From Phoronis australis (lineage: Eukaryota > Animalia > Phoronida), in the NCBI GenBank assembly GCA_002633005.1, contig NMRA01000345.1, positions 62,001-126,000 on the forward strand: a stretch of 64,000 nt of DNA. The letters run 5' to 3'. Made by a program: the position numbers and the translations under genes. The notes beneath the pieces are model-generated. The model saw only the letters and a program-made list of their open reading frames with translations, made no database searches and was not told the DNA's origin. This document shows, one piece after another, positions 37,046 through 51,300 of this stretch (positions are counted from its first letter, which is position 1; each line of letters opens with the position of its first letter).

Positions 37046-39642
37046 TGTCAGTTGATCCGTGCATGTAAGTGGGTGTGGACGGTCGTAGGTGGAGGTGATG
37101 GATTGTTTACACGCCCTGAAGTTAACGGAAGTGAATCTCTCCGTTAAACAACCAATCAATATTCAGTCCGTGTTGTCATTATATGAAATTACAAACGTAC
37201 GTCAACACTCCATTTAAAAAAATGAAAAAATAAAAAACACCACAAAACATGAACTAAAATAGTGGTTTGTGGTTTTTAAATACGGCGCTGTATCTATCTT
37301 TAAGTGAAAATAGGACAAAGATAAACACCAATGTATTATAATTGTGTCTGGGTGACTTTTAAAAAAGCGTCTTTGGATCCCGGCATTGCAGTTTTTGATG
37401 TGTGTGAATCAATCCAATTAAATATAGCGAAAATAAAAAGGATGAAAGCAAACAGCCTTGTCTTACTCTCCACAAATAATCAAAACAGCCCATGATTTCA
37501 CCATTTTGTTTACCTGGACACACGACTTCCCGTTACGATTCTTTTCCACAATATTTTAAACAATTTGCCAGATAAATTATGGCCGATCAATTTATATTTT
37601 AAACCACATCTCCGTATCCAGTCAAATGCCTTTTTAAAATCAGTTGAAACTCAATAAAAACGCCCTCTGGTAAGCGACAAGTACTTGGTAATTAGGGTAT
37701 GCAAAATAAACATGTTCTCTGCTGTATAATAACCTTTTCAGAATACTGCTTGCTATTCCGATGGGTTTCATTTTCTTTTGCCCATTCGTTCAAGCGATTA
37801 CTGAGTACATTAGAACATATTTTGCCTAGAATTTGTCGTAATATTAATAATTACCATGGTTAACCCTTCATTTATTTGATGAAGTCTTGCAACGTTTGGA
37901 ACTTAGCTCGTTTCATTCACCAAGTGTTTATTGTGTATAGTTAATTTAATAGTCTGTATTATGTAAACCACTCGGTTAATTACGCGCTTGCATTTGTTAC
38001 TTTCACACTTGTATATGGGACGGAGGCCTACCTGCTGAAAAAATAAATTAATTGACTGAATAAATGCATGGAGGGACTGGCGTTCATACACAGTTGTTTT
38101 TATTTTTGAAAATGTAGACCTCGACTTTGTTCCAGTTTATAGATGTCTATGCAGCTCTTAGGCCATCTCAATGACACAGAAGTTAAAAATTAAACCAGAA
38201 ATTCATTCTAAAGGCCAATTATAGTTCTTGATTACAATAATCCACTTTCCTGACCAAAAACTCTGTAAAGGCTTTGGGATTACTCGCAACAACGTTGCAA
38301 GTAGACTACGGCGTTGGCGTTACCGATACAGACCAATCGTTACAAAAACGACTTTTATTTTGCTTGTAATCGCATTTTGTGTACAAATTCAGAGTTTGGT
38401 AGAAAATTATGTGCTGAAAGACTGTACAAGATCTATAAAATCTGCAAAATTCAAGTAAATGTGGAGAGAGAAAGACATCACCAGAAACGAATAATGCCAG
38501 TCTTATTTTTTGTTTTAAAAAAAACATGAACGTTCAGTGCTTACATGATTCATATTCAATGCATACAAACGACCCATTTGTCGGAAACATGGTTTTTAGT
38601 AATAATTAGAACGATGGAAACAGAAAGAGATGGAACAGCTTTGTGGTCTAGAAAGACACAAGAGGAGTGTGGACTCTGTGCCCATGAAGTTGCGCTCACA
38701 CTTGATCTCTGCGACTCCTGTGCGACTCTTGTCCACGACAGGAACTGGTGACAGGTCCGTTCAAAACAAGCAATTGACAGCCATTTGCATTCGTGTTCAG
38801 TTCTTTCACGGTGGCGAATAAAAAAGTCAACGAACTGCAGCACACAAGGATTAAACAAAAATGCATCGGCACGTCAAGGCATGCGTTCGTATTGTACCGT
38901 TTAGGAGATATCGCGCAGTTGTGATTGCTTTACGGTATTTTTTCAAAAAGACGTCCACGGTGCCGCTGGAGGACCTGAATAAAGAACTGCTCGTTTGGGC
39001 TATGTATCTCGCAGCACCAACCGTATATGTTAATGGATAATATCCACGACTGTTATTAAAAAAATTTATTGAAGATCTGTTATTCTAGTGGTAGAGATCT
39101 ATTTCATTAGTCAAGTAAAAAACGAAATGGTAAAACGTGAAATAAATTTATAATTAGACAATCTTACAATTTCGTATAATGGAAAAGTCCAAAATTATTT
39201 TCATGGGCTTCCGTTCAAAAAATCAAGATCAAGATCAACGTAAGCATAAACAGATGATAATCTGGAGTGACTTGGTTGAAAAGAGATTGGTGAATAGCGA
39301 ATCTTGTACAAACACAGATTTTTATCTGTAGAAGATGTCTATCAAAAATGAAGCAGCTGGTGAAATTCAAATGAACTCTCGGTTTTCGAATTTCAGTTTG
39401 ATTTTCAAAATCCATTATTACATAATGACTATAACAAAAAGACCAGTCGAATGCTTTTATGAAAAACAACTTACAATAATGCTATCATATAGTGAATTCT
39501 ATGCGTGTGTTATGCATGATTGGTTGGCTCATCGTCAATGGATACACGTCGTGAATCAGTCTGACCCCGCCTCTAAGTTCTAGCTATGATCACTTAAACT
39601 CCAGTCTCGGACCAGCACACATGATACACGTGGTGCAAATCG

Positions 39643-40128
39643 TCAGACCCGTACCCTAAACTCCGCACATATCCGGTGACCAAACTACAGATTCCATGGA
39701 TACACCGTTACTCTGCATTAGAGAACTTAGAGCAGCTGCCATGGAGCCTGCCTCCCGTTAAGTAACGCTAGGACCTCGATAAAAAGCAAGACTTCGCGAG
39801 ATTACGTGAGATATTGCAGTGCATTGTAAATAAAAACACGTGACTTTGACTAGGTTTTAGCTAGGTCCTAGCGTAGGTCCTAGCGTCTACTGAACGCACG
39901 CCAGAGTTCGGTGTAAGGAGCATTTCCGGTGCGTGTTTGGGGTTTAGGTGTGCGGATCTGGGGAATTGTACCCCGGGATAGAGTTCAGTAATGCTAGGAA
40001 CTATACTAGGACTTCGCTAAAAAGCAAGACTTCGCGAGATTACGTGAGATATTGCCAATGTATTTTAAATGAGTGATTTTGGCTAGATTTTTCTAGCGGC
40101 GAGACAGCTACTGAACTCTACCCAGGTT
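39643..40128. mobile_element. Nest of palindromic MITEs
   Basis: Outer inverted arms ~39643-39685 / ~39910-39965; core AAAAAGCAAGACTTCGCGAGATTACGTGAGATATTGC present twice (~39782, ~40020); TIR TAGAGTTCAGTA/TACTGAACTCTA around the second copy. Confidence 0.75.
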
Positions 40129-41475
40129 TCGTGTATACTGGTCCGGGACAGAAGTAAAGGGGGTGGTAACTGGAATTTTTCAGGCACTATCTTGGAATTG
40201 TTTTCAAACTTTGATAAACGATTGTTTTGGTATATCCAGTCATCCATGACACACAAAGAGAGGACAATTCACTGAGTTAAAACTCAATGAATTAAAATTC
40301 TGAACTTGCCATTGGACGTTACGTCCTCAATACGCATATGAGAACTTTTGACTAGGTACTGATGTAATCACTTGTGAAGACATCGTGATGTGGACGAAAT
40401 GTCGTGCAGTTCAATTCAGCTCAGCTTTATTTTTCAATTTAATTCAAACCGCATTTACTCGTTTCAAAGTTAAAGAGCGCTGAGCAAATTTTCCTTGAAA
40501 GCAGTAGAACCTGTGAAATATAGATTTCAAAAGGTTTGTTTGAACACTGGGTTTCTAGGTGTGGATTGGTTTTTTTAAATTTTCGCAACGCAATGCCAGA
40601 ATTAGTTCGAGTTTCATGGCTGCATTTCACTCCGAGGTTGAGGACAGCGCAGCAAAACTAAGGACAATTGATCAGGTCATGAACATGAATATTTTTGTAC
40701 ACAAATCTGAGCATTTTTGTTCTAGAATAACGTGAAGAAACACAATTGAAGAAATAGACGTATAATAATTACCAAAACCAGCAGACATTTTAAGAAGTCT
40801 ACTTGCAGTCTCAGTTTTAAAACTGCTACACTGTCATGAAAATATCTTTGCTGCTATTTTTGCAGTTTTCTCAATTTCTTTGTCCCCTTAGAAACACAGG
40901 AGTCACGGAATGGTGCCATCCAAGGTTACTGAATCTGTTGTTGATACAACAAGGTTGCGCCCACCAAAGAGCGGTGACGTCAAGTGGCTTGCTACCGACT
41001 GTTCCAAGGGTAGTTTTTCATAAACAGACATTGTGTCAATGCATAATGCTTGAAGAATGTCCTTTCTCTCACACGCCTACATCAACTTTCTTTTCATGAC
41101 TTTATCAATTATAATGAACAATAGAGTACGGGTCGCGACCTCGAGAAACTGTCTGAGCGCGAATTTTTTTAACCGTAGAGATAGACCTTTAAACACCATC
41201 TCACTGAATAGTTTTAGTTATAGATAATGCCATTTTAATGACAGTGTTATTACAAAATCATTATCCAAACGTAAATTTGAACGACTGACAGAAACAGTGT
41301 GCTTTTGTTAGCATTTCATGTTGTCACTGAGCTGAAAGTGTGAAAAGTTTGAAACGTTTCGTGTAAGCGTCTAAATTTCCAAAAAAATCAAGCGCGCTCT
41401 ATCTTTAATTTGTTTTGTACTGTGGATGTTAAGAATCAAAAATCATGCAACCTGTACTCTTAAATGAAATAAGTA

Positions 41476-41559
<84 letters not shown>
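41476..41559. repeat. (ATG)28 microsatellite
   Basis: Direct reading. Confidence 0.97.
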
Positions 41560-42223
41560 TTGGCATTATCGGGAATTGCCGCAAAAAGGAGCCCCAAATT
41601 TAAGTTTCCCGGCGTCAACGAGTGTCGGGCTATAGGAACAACACGTTTTTTGGCTTATCTGCCATTGGCACCATAAAGTCTTTGATGGCCGGCCAGTTTC
41701 CTAAAATAAACCAGTTCTAATACTTGTGGTAGCAGAAAGGTAAAAATGTCACATTCCTAATATAAGCCTTCGGATTTTCTATCAGAATTTCCTAATCAGA
41801 AGTTACAGGTGTTTTCGTACGTTATAGGAACGATTTTGTGTGTATTTCATTGTTAATAGGCTGGCTTGGCCTCAGCTCGGTCACAAAACTGAAATCCAGC
41901 ACTGGCTCATGCTATCATTTTCAGTTGGACCGACGGTATTGTGTTTGTGGTCGTCGTAAGTATTTTTCCTCGGTGACAACGGGTTTTGTTGTGCTAATAG
42001 ATTACGACTGAATAGGTTACCCCCGTGTGTAGGAGGTCAAAACCATTCACGCGGGGCGTGATTGTCAAATAAATAGTAAGTTAGCAGACGATACATCAGA
42101 CGAACGCTTCACGTGTAAGAGGCAGACGAATTACGAAACGCCAATATACTTTCAAGTTGTGCTTGGCTGTAATCGATGGTGTTGTCGGAACAACGGTCCG
42201 GGTTGACGCTGGATCAGTCGCTT

Positions 42224-42327
42224 ATGTCAACTTTGGAATTGGGGCTTCCTGAGTTGGACGAAGTCCTTTTTTCTCCACCCGAGATCTTGTTGGATATGTT
42301 TGATAACTGGGCAAAAGGAAAATCTAG
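42224..42327 (+). CDS. grh: Putative first coding exon of grh ([34 protein letters not shown])
   Basis: ATG-initiated open frame ending at AG|GTAGGA in phase 2, matching the next exon; no homology support. Confidence 0.55.
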
Positions 42328-45300
42328 GTAGGATGTATTTTTGGGTCGTTGCCATAGCATGTTGAACAATAATACCAAAATGTGTGGGTTGTGTCTGTAG
42401 CGGTTGATTTGATGCGTTCTCTCTATTTTGCACAGCGACTCACTGATTTTCGAAACACTTCCTGAATGAGATTGACAAATAAGTGGCAACTGGCTATCGA
42501 CGGACCATACCATTTAACTTGGAAGTCTTGATGCATTTGCCTACTACAGATGGGTAAATCCCTTCGTTGGCAAGCAAAAGTCACATGACAACTTGAGAAA
42601 GTTACAAATTCTACAAAATAAAAATGCCGAGGCATTTCAGATTGATTTTCATTTTTATTTACTAGAATCGTTTTGATGAGGCCTAGATGGCCAATGAACA
42701 CATCGTCAAGTTTCAAGTAAGGCAGTTCTGTGACTTCCCGTCATTGGGCGTGGTAGACCATGACCTTTGATATCCATGTGCAATGGTGACATCACGACTT
42801 ATCTCTGTCACTTCAGGCTGAATGGATTGTCGTTGTTCAATTTTTTTTAATTGTTAGGCCTTTCCTACACAGTCCTGTTTTTCGTAAGTTATACGCCTTC
42901 GTATAGGATTTTTAAACATCAGTTGGACGATCAACTACATACTCTGATTCTCGTGAACGAATACGTAAATGACGTTTAGCTCTAAAAGTCCTGTTAGAAC
43001 ACTTGTCGCTTTACTCCGATTAATTGTAAACGTGCACCGCTCTCGTACACGAGGTCACGTACAAAAATTTGAGGGTTTAGGATTTTGATAACTATAATCG
43101 AAACCGAAAACTGACAGGTAAACAGTGACTAACAGACGAATCGTATCCGATATAGTTTTAACGTGCGCTGTGGTAAACGCTATGTACGTGTATCAACGCT
43201 AATTACTTGAGATCGCATGACCCCGAGAAAAAAATATGGTTACTCAAGTTATTTCTTGCTCGGCCGTACTTCGTAGCAAAGAATCTGACTCACTCTACGA
43301 GGTTTATGGATTTCAATGCACCATTGCAAAATATGAAAAACAGCAAGACCCTGAATGCGCGATAGCGAATGTACTGTAAACGTAACATGTCAAATGATCA
43401 TTTGGAGAGTGTATATAGGATACACATACAAGGTCGATACTGAGGCCTGGGTGTGTGCAGAACAGAACAAACATTATAACTGAGTTTTCGGCTTTGAAAA
43501 ATTACTGTTTCAACGAAGGAATACTCGATTTCATTCGTTCAATTACGTTAAATCAAAGGTGCTAAGTAATCGCGTTTGTGGACTTTTCCAAAGCCTTTCG
43601 GGGAGTGCCAATAATAACCTTAGATAGAGGAAAGCATTTCTGGGTCTGTTTTGACATCTGAATATTTAGGCAAAAAAAAATATTTAATGACCTAAAGGAC
43701 AAAACGTGTCTCACTAAAAAGAAAATAATAGTGACAGCGCTTGTGAAGTCATGTGTTATTTTTAGTGTAAAATGTTCAAACTGTACTGTACACCTGTCAA
43801 GATAAAGTAAATGACGTGCGAAGGCGCACAGACAATTGATGTGCTGTCGTGTCTTGCTCATATAAAAGTAACGGAGGAAAATTTGAGTTCGTTTATTGAT
43901 AGCTTATAGTATTGCGTCCCAACATGAGCAATACACAAGAGAAACGCCTTTAATGGTACATAAATAACTTGCCGAAACAGTGCACATGTATGATTTCGTA
44001 GTTGTATCTTAGTATTACCCGTGTTGGTTTTTACTAAATAATCTACAAAGTAATAGATTGGAGATTTTTGCTATCAAGGTCTTGAGGGTGTCTGTAAAAG
44101 GCCAGAACGTCATTCTCATTTTTTCTCCAGTCCCAACTGTATCGACGGAGGTATTATCTTTATCTATAGGCTTACTACCTGTATCGATGGACATTCTAAC
44201 TATCGATAAATTTACCAGAAAGCGTTAGAAATCCTGTGGATAGCTACAGTAATTTTATCGGTAGAGATACAAATCTATCGATGGAATGAATCATTCGATG
44301 GACATACTACGTCTACTCGATAGAAATGCTTAACTTTATCACTCGGACTTCCTCTCCAAATATTAAGCTGAGAGGACACTAATACCATTTTCACACTCAC
44401 GTTTTCTCACTTATTATTTTGTTATCTTTATAATGCTGCGTGATGTTTCTAATATTGTATAATTACGGTTATTGTACTGCAACCATTAGTTTACAGTGTC
44501 AGTCGTACATCGGCTTCACATAAAAAATCGAATACCCTGCTGAGCTCTATTAGCCCGAGTGCCGTGGAGCATAAAACTAGCTTTTGCTGGCTGAATGAAT
44601 CCCCTTAGGCACACACAAAGCCAAAAAATGCAATTTAAGCAGGGAAGCCTTACACAAGTGTGAGAGTAACACAAACTTGATGTCTTTTTTGTGTTATTAT
44701 TACACACATGCCGTGTTATCGTATGCCCGAGATCAAATGAACAGGCGCACTGCAACACTGACAATCATGCATGTAACCAAAGACATCTACCCGTCTGCTT
44801 TCTCCTCTCACTTTCAAATAATTGCATGATGATTCTTACCTTGATTTTGAGTTTAAGTGTCACCTAATTATTAAAAAAAAAATCGCCCAATGGTTTCTGT
44901 TTACATTTTGTCGCAATTTTTATTTTGCAGTGAAGAAAAACTTGACGTTCCTACAACAGACGATAAGAACGCAAGCAGACGACCAGAAGAATTTCCGGAG
45001 GATATTCGCGCGTTTTTCGGTCACCCGCTTACGGCGGCAACTACTGCTGTCAATGGAGACGCATTGGCACTTCTGCACGAATTCAACAACTTGCCTGTCA
45101 TTGAAAGGAGCGAGGAGAAGTCCGTCGAAACAAATGACCTATTCAACGCAATTTTGAGGTAAAATATCACAAGCGAAACCTATGCAACCATTAGTTGCTG
45201 TGTTCACGTATTCGAGTACATCAAAACATGTCCTTAGATTTCAATTAAATAAAAGCTTAATCAGAAATTTTAGCTCAGAATCAGAAGATTCAATATTCTA

Positions 45301-48300
45301 TGAATGAGTATTCTTTTGATATAAAAGATACTAGTTTTTCATGCTTGGCTGAACTCGTACAGTTGGTTGTCTGTACGTTCAACAGCCAATAGTTAAGCAT
45401 TGGTACACTGCATTCAGGTCAATTGACTTCTGTTACTAGAGACTTGCTTTTCAATATGATACTTCCAAAAGTTTTACTTTCAAAGGCATTGTAAAAATTT
45501 GCCAGCTGATATCTCCGTGGTGTTTTGCATGTCTTTGTGGACACTTCAAGTAACGAACAGACGAACATTGTTTACAACTCCACACACCTCAGACCCGTCT
45601 ACAATTATATGACTCATAGTGGGTTCCCGAACTGGATCTATGTGCAGAACAACACATTTATAATACGTGCTGCTTATACTGTGACGGTATTGTGCGATGA
45701 CAAATACTTATTAGTTTCGTAGTCTCGTGTGAAAATTACAAGAACAATATATGTTTTGACTCATGTGACACATTCAATAGCAAGTTAATCTCTAGTTTTT
45801 GGTAACGCCCATTTTTTCATGTCTCCTTGCTTTGCAATTTTAACCAGTCAATAATAATACGCGTAACGAAAACAAACTCCGACGCACTGCTTAGTTCGTT
45901 TCGCATGAGGACACAAATATTTTCGGGACGTCGATTCAATTTGTGAGGCACATTTTTGTATACTTGGACATAACCGCACTCGATGGATTTAGCTACCTGA
46001 ACAATGTAGGCACGTAGTAAACACGTTATGTCTACCAAAATACCGCAAAATAGTTTTGCTTCAAGAATAACACACAACCGCAGTGCCAGGCGATTTTTGT
46101 TTTTTTGTCAACAACCAAGCCCTTTTACTAATATTTCGCTCATCTTCTTTATTTCACTATTCATTGTGATATACTTGTTGTTTTTTCATGTACGCCAAAG
46201 GTACAATATTTACGCAGGCTCTAAACATTTACTAATTAAAGTTGCCCTTCGTTCTAATTAATTGTCAAAAAAAGAAATATTAAAAAATTTTCTAATAATA
46301 TTCGTTTAGTGCGATACGGCCTGATTTCCGTTTCAAATAAGAACATACTGTAACCATCAGTAACTTATAAAAAGGCTTCACGGTTATTTAGAGATGGCCA
46401 CCCCTACAACTGTATATTCGAAAATGGTACATGTAGGCATTGCCTGTGACTTGAGTTGGTAACGGCAAAAGAACCCTGTCACAGAATATTATGAGTCTCA
46501 TATTGTGAAAGCAAAATGTCTAATTCTAAACAAGGCAGCTTTGATAAATGTTCATCATTTCTGTTCTGGTCACGTAGGTTAACTGCTGAGAGGCAGTCAG
46601 CCAAGTGATTGTTGGCAAAATAATACCGCAATAGCTAGCGTCCGTTGTTCCAAAGTTACGCACTGACGTCCAGTTGCACCAATCACTACTCCACTGTTCT
46701 CTATCTATTCTGATCCCCGCCGTAGATAATCAACCTTTGGAAATGTGTACGCATGCGCCATTTCTGATAGCGAATTTCACTTAACTCTCGGTGGACTCTC
46801 GTACAAGTTGCTAAATGGAAACATTCTCTAAAATAGCATTCAGTTTTGAAGCTGTGAGACGCCTATAATACCGGGCCCTTTTTCCATCATGAATACGAGC
46901 CATGTTGCTGAAACAACATTGATGCAGAAATTAAACAAACGTCAACATTCGTAAACGTCTGTATCAAATCTGAAAAAAACGCTCATTTCGGACATTACTA
47001 AAGGTATAAAACCAAACGAAAACCACTTTATGATAGAAAAGGCACGACCAGGACTGCTCTATCGAAAACTAAGGTAGCGTTATCAACTATGAGGACCACA
47101 GAAACCTCCCGCTAGGTACCGCAACATGACGCTCGGCCGCGAGATGACTTCATTGCTCCATTTACAATTTACGTTGGCATAATGAGCAAATGTAAGAATG
47201 AGAAATAGTTCGCAAAATAATTGTTATCTGTGTTCCTTGGAGCCACACTTCTAATATTAACGTAGAACTTCAGGCGGTCGTCACCCAGTTCTTTAGGGTC
47301 ATTGCCGTTTTTACGCCTGAAAAACGCATTTTGGGGATTTTTTTTTAATGGGATAAACGTCTTGTGGTTATGGGCTTTTAGCAGAATTATAAAATAACGG
47401 AATCCGTTGTATTTTTGTGGTCTTGCTACAAATAGCCAATTGTCGTTGTTTGCCAGACATTCGCTGAAAGCAAGGTCTGTGACCGCTGGGGTTGCAGGTT
47501 CCATTCCGCTTTCGGAGGCCGATCTCAGAAATTACTTTTCGAACCAATAATGTCGCGGAAGCGGTTGTGAGGGTGCGTTTACCGTAGTCGCAACTCCAAG
47601 CTGCGGGTGTAAGCAGTTACAGGACATACGGCTGGTCAACCGAGTGTAGTCGTGAACGAAGGTGTAGAATGCCTCTGGGCAACGTAGAGGTCAAAATGTC
47701 GTTTGGTTCAATCAAAGTTCAATCAAAGGTCATTCAGGTTACTTGCAGTAGGGGTCACCTTGAAATCCGAGCTGAGGTTAAACACCAGGTACATATTGCT
47801 GCAGGCTCTATTGATATCATTGACTACGAATTAGAATTTCAAATTTTCAAAGCAATGTATTGACTTTCGAGTTTAGTTGCCAACAGTTCTGCGTGTTTTG
47901 TTTAGTTCTGAGGGTGGCCCCTTTTCTCTATTTGCGAATGAAAGGGGCAATAAACTCGCGCATTTTGTCAAAACAATTTCTTATTTAGATCACTGTACTG
48001 CTAAGAAATCAGTTTCGTTTTACTCTTTAGTAAGGTTAGAAATAATGCACAGGCTTGAATGGAACGCACAGGTCGTTATTTAGACCAGGTCCATTAAGTT
48101 GCTTGTCAAAGACGGGTTACCATCAGTCTGCAATGAAGTAGGGCCGTAAAGCCAAAAATCCCAGGCGAATTATTGTAACCAATTTCAGTTCAAACGAAGG
48201 ATAAACTTGAAAACGAAGCTACTCCTTTGCACGAACGCAATGACGTTGCTTTCGGAGAGTAAATACGCATGTGGAGGGAATTGATATTCCCATCACAAGA

Positions 48301-51300
48301 GCATGGTATACAGTAGCCTTGGTTCAAAGTTGTATTGATACATGCGTTTTGACGTTCAGTCATACGCAGCTATCTATCTGCCTAAGTTCATAGCGGCTTT
48401 ACATCTTTGACAGGTAGAGTGGTTACACACGTACGTGTGCAAAACCGGAGACCTAATGGAAAGTATCAAATACAATGCACCGACAACAGTGTTACTACCA
48501 TTAGTGAAATAGAATTATAGTACGACCCGACGTAAAGTAATTGAACTGTAGATATATACGTGAAAATAACAGACCCGTATAGAAACTTCGCAAACATCCG
48601 ACAAAAATACACCGGCCCCAGCGCTGCCGACGAATGTAGAAGTCATACAATTCAACCGAACCGTAAATAAGTAATCAAAAGAATCAAAATATTTTACAAA
48701 ATATGAGTGTCTAAAGTAGCAAAGGGCCATTTTCAATTAATTACACCATGTTTCAATAACTGTCGTGGACACATCGACCTATGATTTGCGAAAAAACAAC
48801 GATTTACAGTCACAGTCCATAACAAATACAATGTAATTGAAAAGATGGCGACCGGAATGACTCACGCGCCTAGCGAACGTGGGGGCGAAAATATATATGC
48901 AAGTCCCCCATTGTTTTCATCATATTTTCATCAAAACGTTTTAGCACCTGTAAATTTTGTTGTTGAAGGGAAGAAAATGGAAACTCAAAGTCGGATTGGG
49001 AAAACCCAGTTATGGGAAGGTTTTTGTGCAACCCAAAGAACGTAAGCCAACAAGAAGAGGATAACACAAAGTTGGTAAGGTGGCAATTATCGCTGAAGTA
49101 CACCTAATTCTGTAATGCCAGCATTTATCTGTTACGAAATAATGTTTATTTTAAGGTGCGCAACTCTGGGCTTTTGCCGGTATACGTTTCATAGATTCTT
49201 GTATCCAATGGTGTGTAAAAACGTGTTTTAAAACGGTTGACAGTTGTACAATTGAAACTAGAATTAAAGTCAAAGATCTTTGCTGTACTCAGCTCAAATT
49301 CTCAGTGGCTATTTTTGTCAAGTTGGTATACGATGTTTCGCCATTGGAAGCGGTGATTTATCTTTCTTTTTTGAAACAGGGAAATGCAACTGACGTAACA
49401 GAACTGACAAGTGTCAAATCGGAACAGAAGCCGTCGTGTTGTTTAGACGCCTCATCAAACAAACCCGTGGAGGGCACCGATGCTGAATCACTATCACTCA
49501 GCAATGTCAACGAGACGACGAAGAAAATGCTTTTTGATAAAATACAGAGAAAAAGGCACAGTCTAAATCAAAGCGGAAGTTCCCCAGATTCTTGTTTAGA
49601 TGCACAGGAGCTGGAAGTCGGAAGTGTGGGAAAATATCCAATCAAAAAGGACGGATTTTTGACCCAATTAACAGACGATGTGACACCGTCAACAGATTCA
49701 CCGTGTCCGGAAGTATTCTCTCAGAACCAGCGTACAGACGCTTTTAATGTCATAGACGAATCCTGTCATCCGTACGACTGGTCAGCAGCGGTTACAACCT
49801 GCCAACAGGCGGAGGCACTTGTTGATACAAGCAAATCGAACGATTTTTTCTTCAACAACTTCCCTCAGGCCCATTACACACAACAACAATGTTATACAGA
49901 TCCCGTAATGTCTGTTCCAAAATATGCTGAATTAACGAACTATAGCCCACTGGAGCCTTACGGCGGACTAACACGGTGTTGTAATCATGGCGAACAGTTC
50001 TCAAATTTCCATTCACACTCCAGAGCTTCAATCGACTATAATTCAAAGTCGCCAGATAGTGGCATTGGAGACTCGTGCACGTCGCCTGTTGATTCGCAGG
50101 TGGTAAGTTATAAGGAAACATTCGAACTAAATGCTTTCTTAGCGAAGAGCTTGTGTTGGTACTTATGTAATAACTCCGTCAACATCCAAATATCGTACTC
50201 CAGCGTCTAAAACTCAGCATTTTACCAAATGATGGTCAAGCGCTTCTCCAGAAATACTTTTTCAATTTGTAGTTAATGTTAATGATCAAGATCACGACTA
50301 TGTGGTCACGAATATATTCAATTCGTTATCAGTTACGCTTAAACAATTTATTTTTCAGAATGACAGTACCTAAAGTGCAATACTAATCCATTCATCTTTG
50401 TTTCAGTCGTATCAAAACCCATTATCGTATAACCCTATGCCTGACGCAGGCGGGCGCGAGAAAGGGTTAAAGCGCAGACGACCATCGACAGCCAGCGTTC
50501 GACAAATATGCTACCAAAATCACAAACAATCTAGTCTCTTTTCGGGAACAACCATTCCAAAATTGTAAGTATATAATTATATAATAATCAAAAATGACTT
50601 TTTATCACAGTTCATATCAAAAATTGAACTCAACGGTCTATGCATTTCGCTTTAAAAGGTATTCAAAACACGTCTTAACATAGGGAGTAGTTCAGCTAAT
50701 CTGTATTGGTGTTTCTGGCCAGAGGTTTAGGGCTTGCTGTTTGCTTGTCCTTAATTCTGGAGTTCTCAATCAGGGCGAGAAAATATGACATTTTCTTGTT
50801 TTTTAAGTTATGACAAGAATACTTTTCCTTATGGAAGCATTTCCTTATTTTTAGCACAATTAATACGTTTTACTGAAAAAATCCCGATGACCCTGGATTC
50901 AAGGAAAATATTTTTTCAATGTACGAATGGTCGGACATTTTACCGTACTTTGAGTGCTGACAATTCCATTTTCGCTTGTGTGTTTTGCAGAGAATTCAAC
51001 ACAACGGGATACAAATACACGCTGGAGTCACCTACTTCAACTAGTCAACGAATTGACGAGGACAGGATGACGTATTTAAATAAAGGTGCGTGAAAAAATC
51101 TATGATATTTCAAATTGACCTCTCAGTGGAATTGCTTAGAGCTTAACATGATTTTCCTCTGCCGACGACGAGATCTTAACGCGAGATCGTGCAGAACTTG
51201 AGATTAGTATTCACAATCCCGGCCTCCTAAATATGCAGCGTAACCTGAAGTCATCCATCCCTTTATTAAACAATAGCACTGTTGTTTATAAGGCTGAATG

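Noticed and set aside
40250-40410. Third hammerhead-like or LINE trace (GTGAAGAC..GACGAAATGTC)
   Set aside because: Catalytic core too degenerate to support a call.
41476-41676. Poly-Met ORF
   Set aside because: (ATG)n microsatellite.
48414-48520. Acceptor-like TTTGACAG as an additional grh exon
   Set aside because: Phase-compatible frame stops immediately; other frames stop without a convincing donor.
48845-49045. 66-aa ATG ORF as a grh start
   Set aside because: Different frame from the splice-compatible exon 48969-49074 and it stops before the donor.
49305-50210. 301-aa ORF as a stand-alone gene
   Set aside because: It is an internal grh exon (49380-50102) with intronic read-through on both sides.
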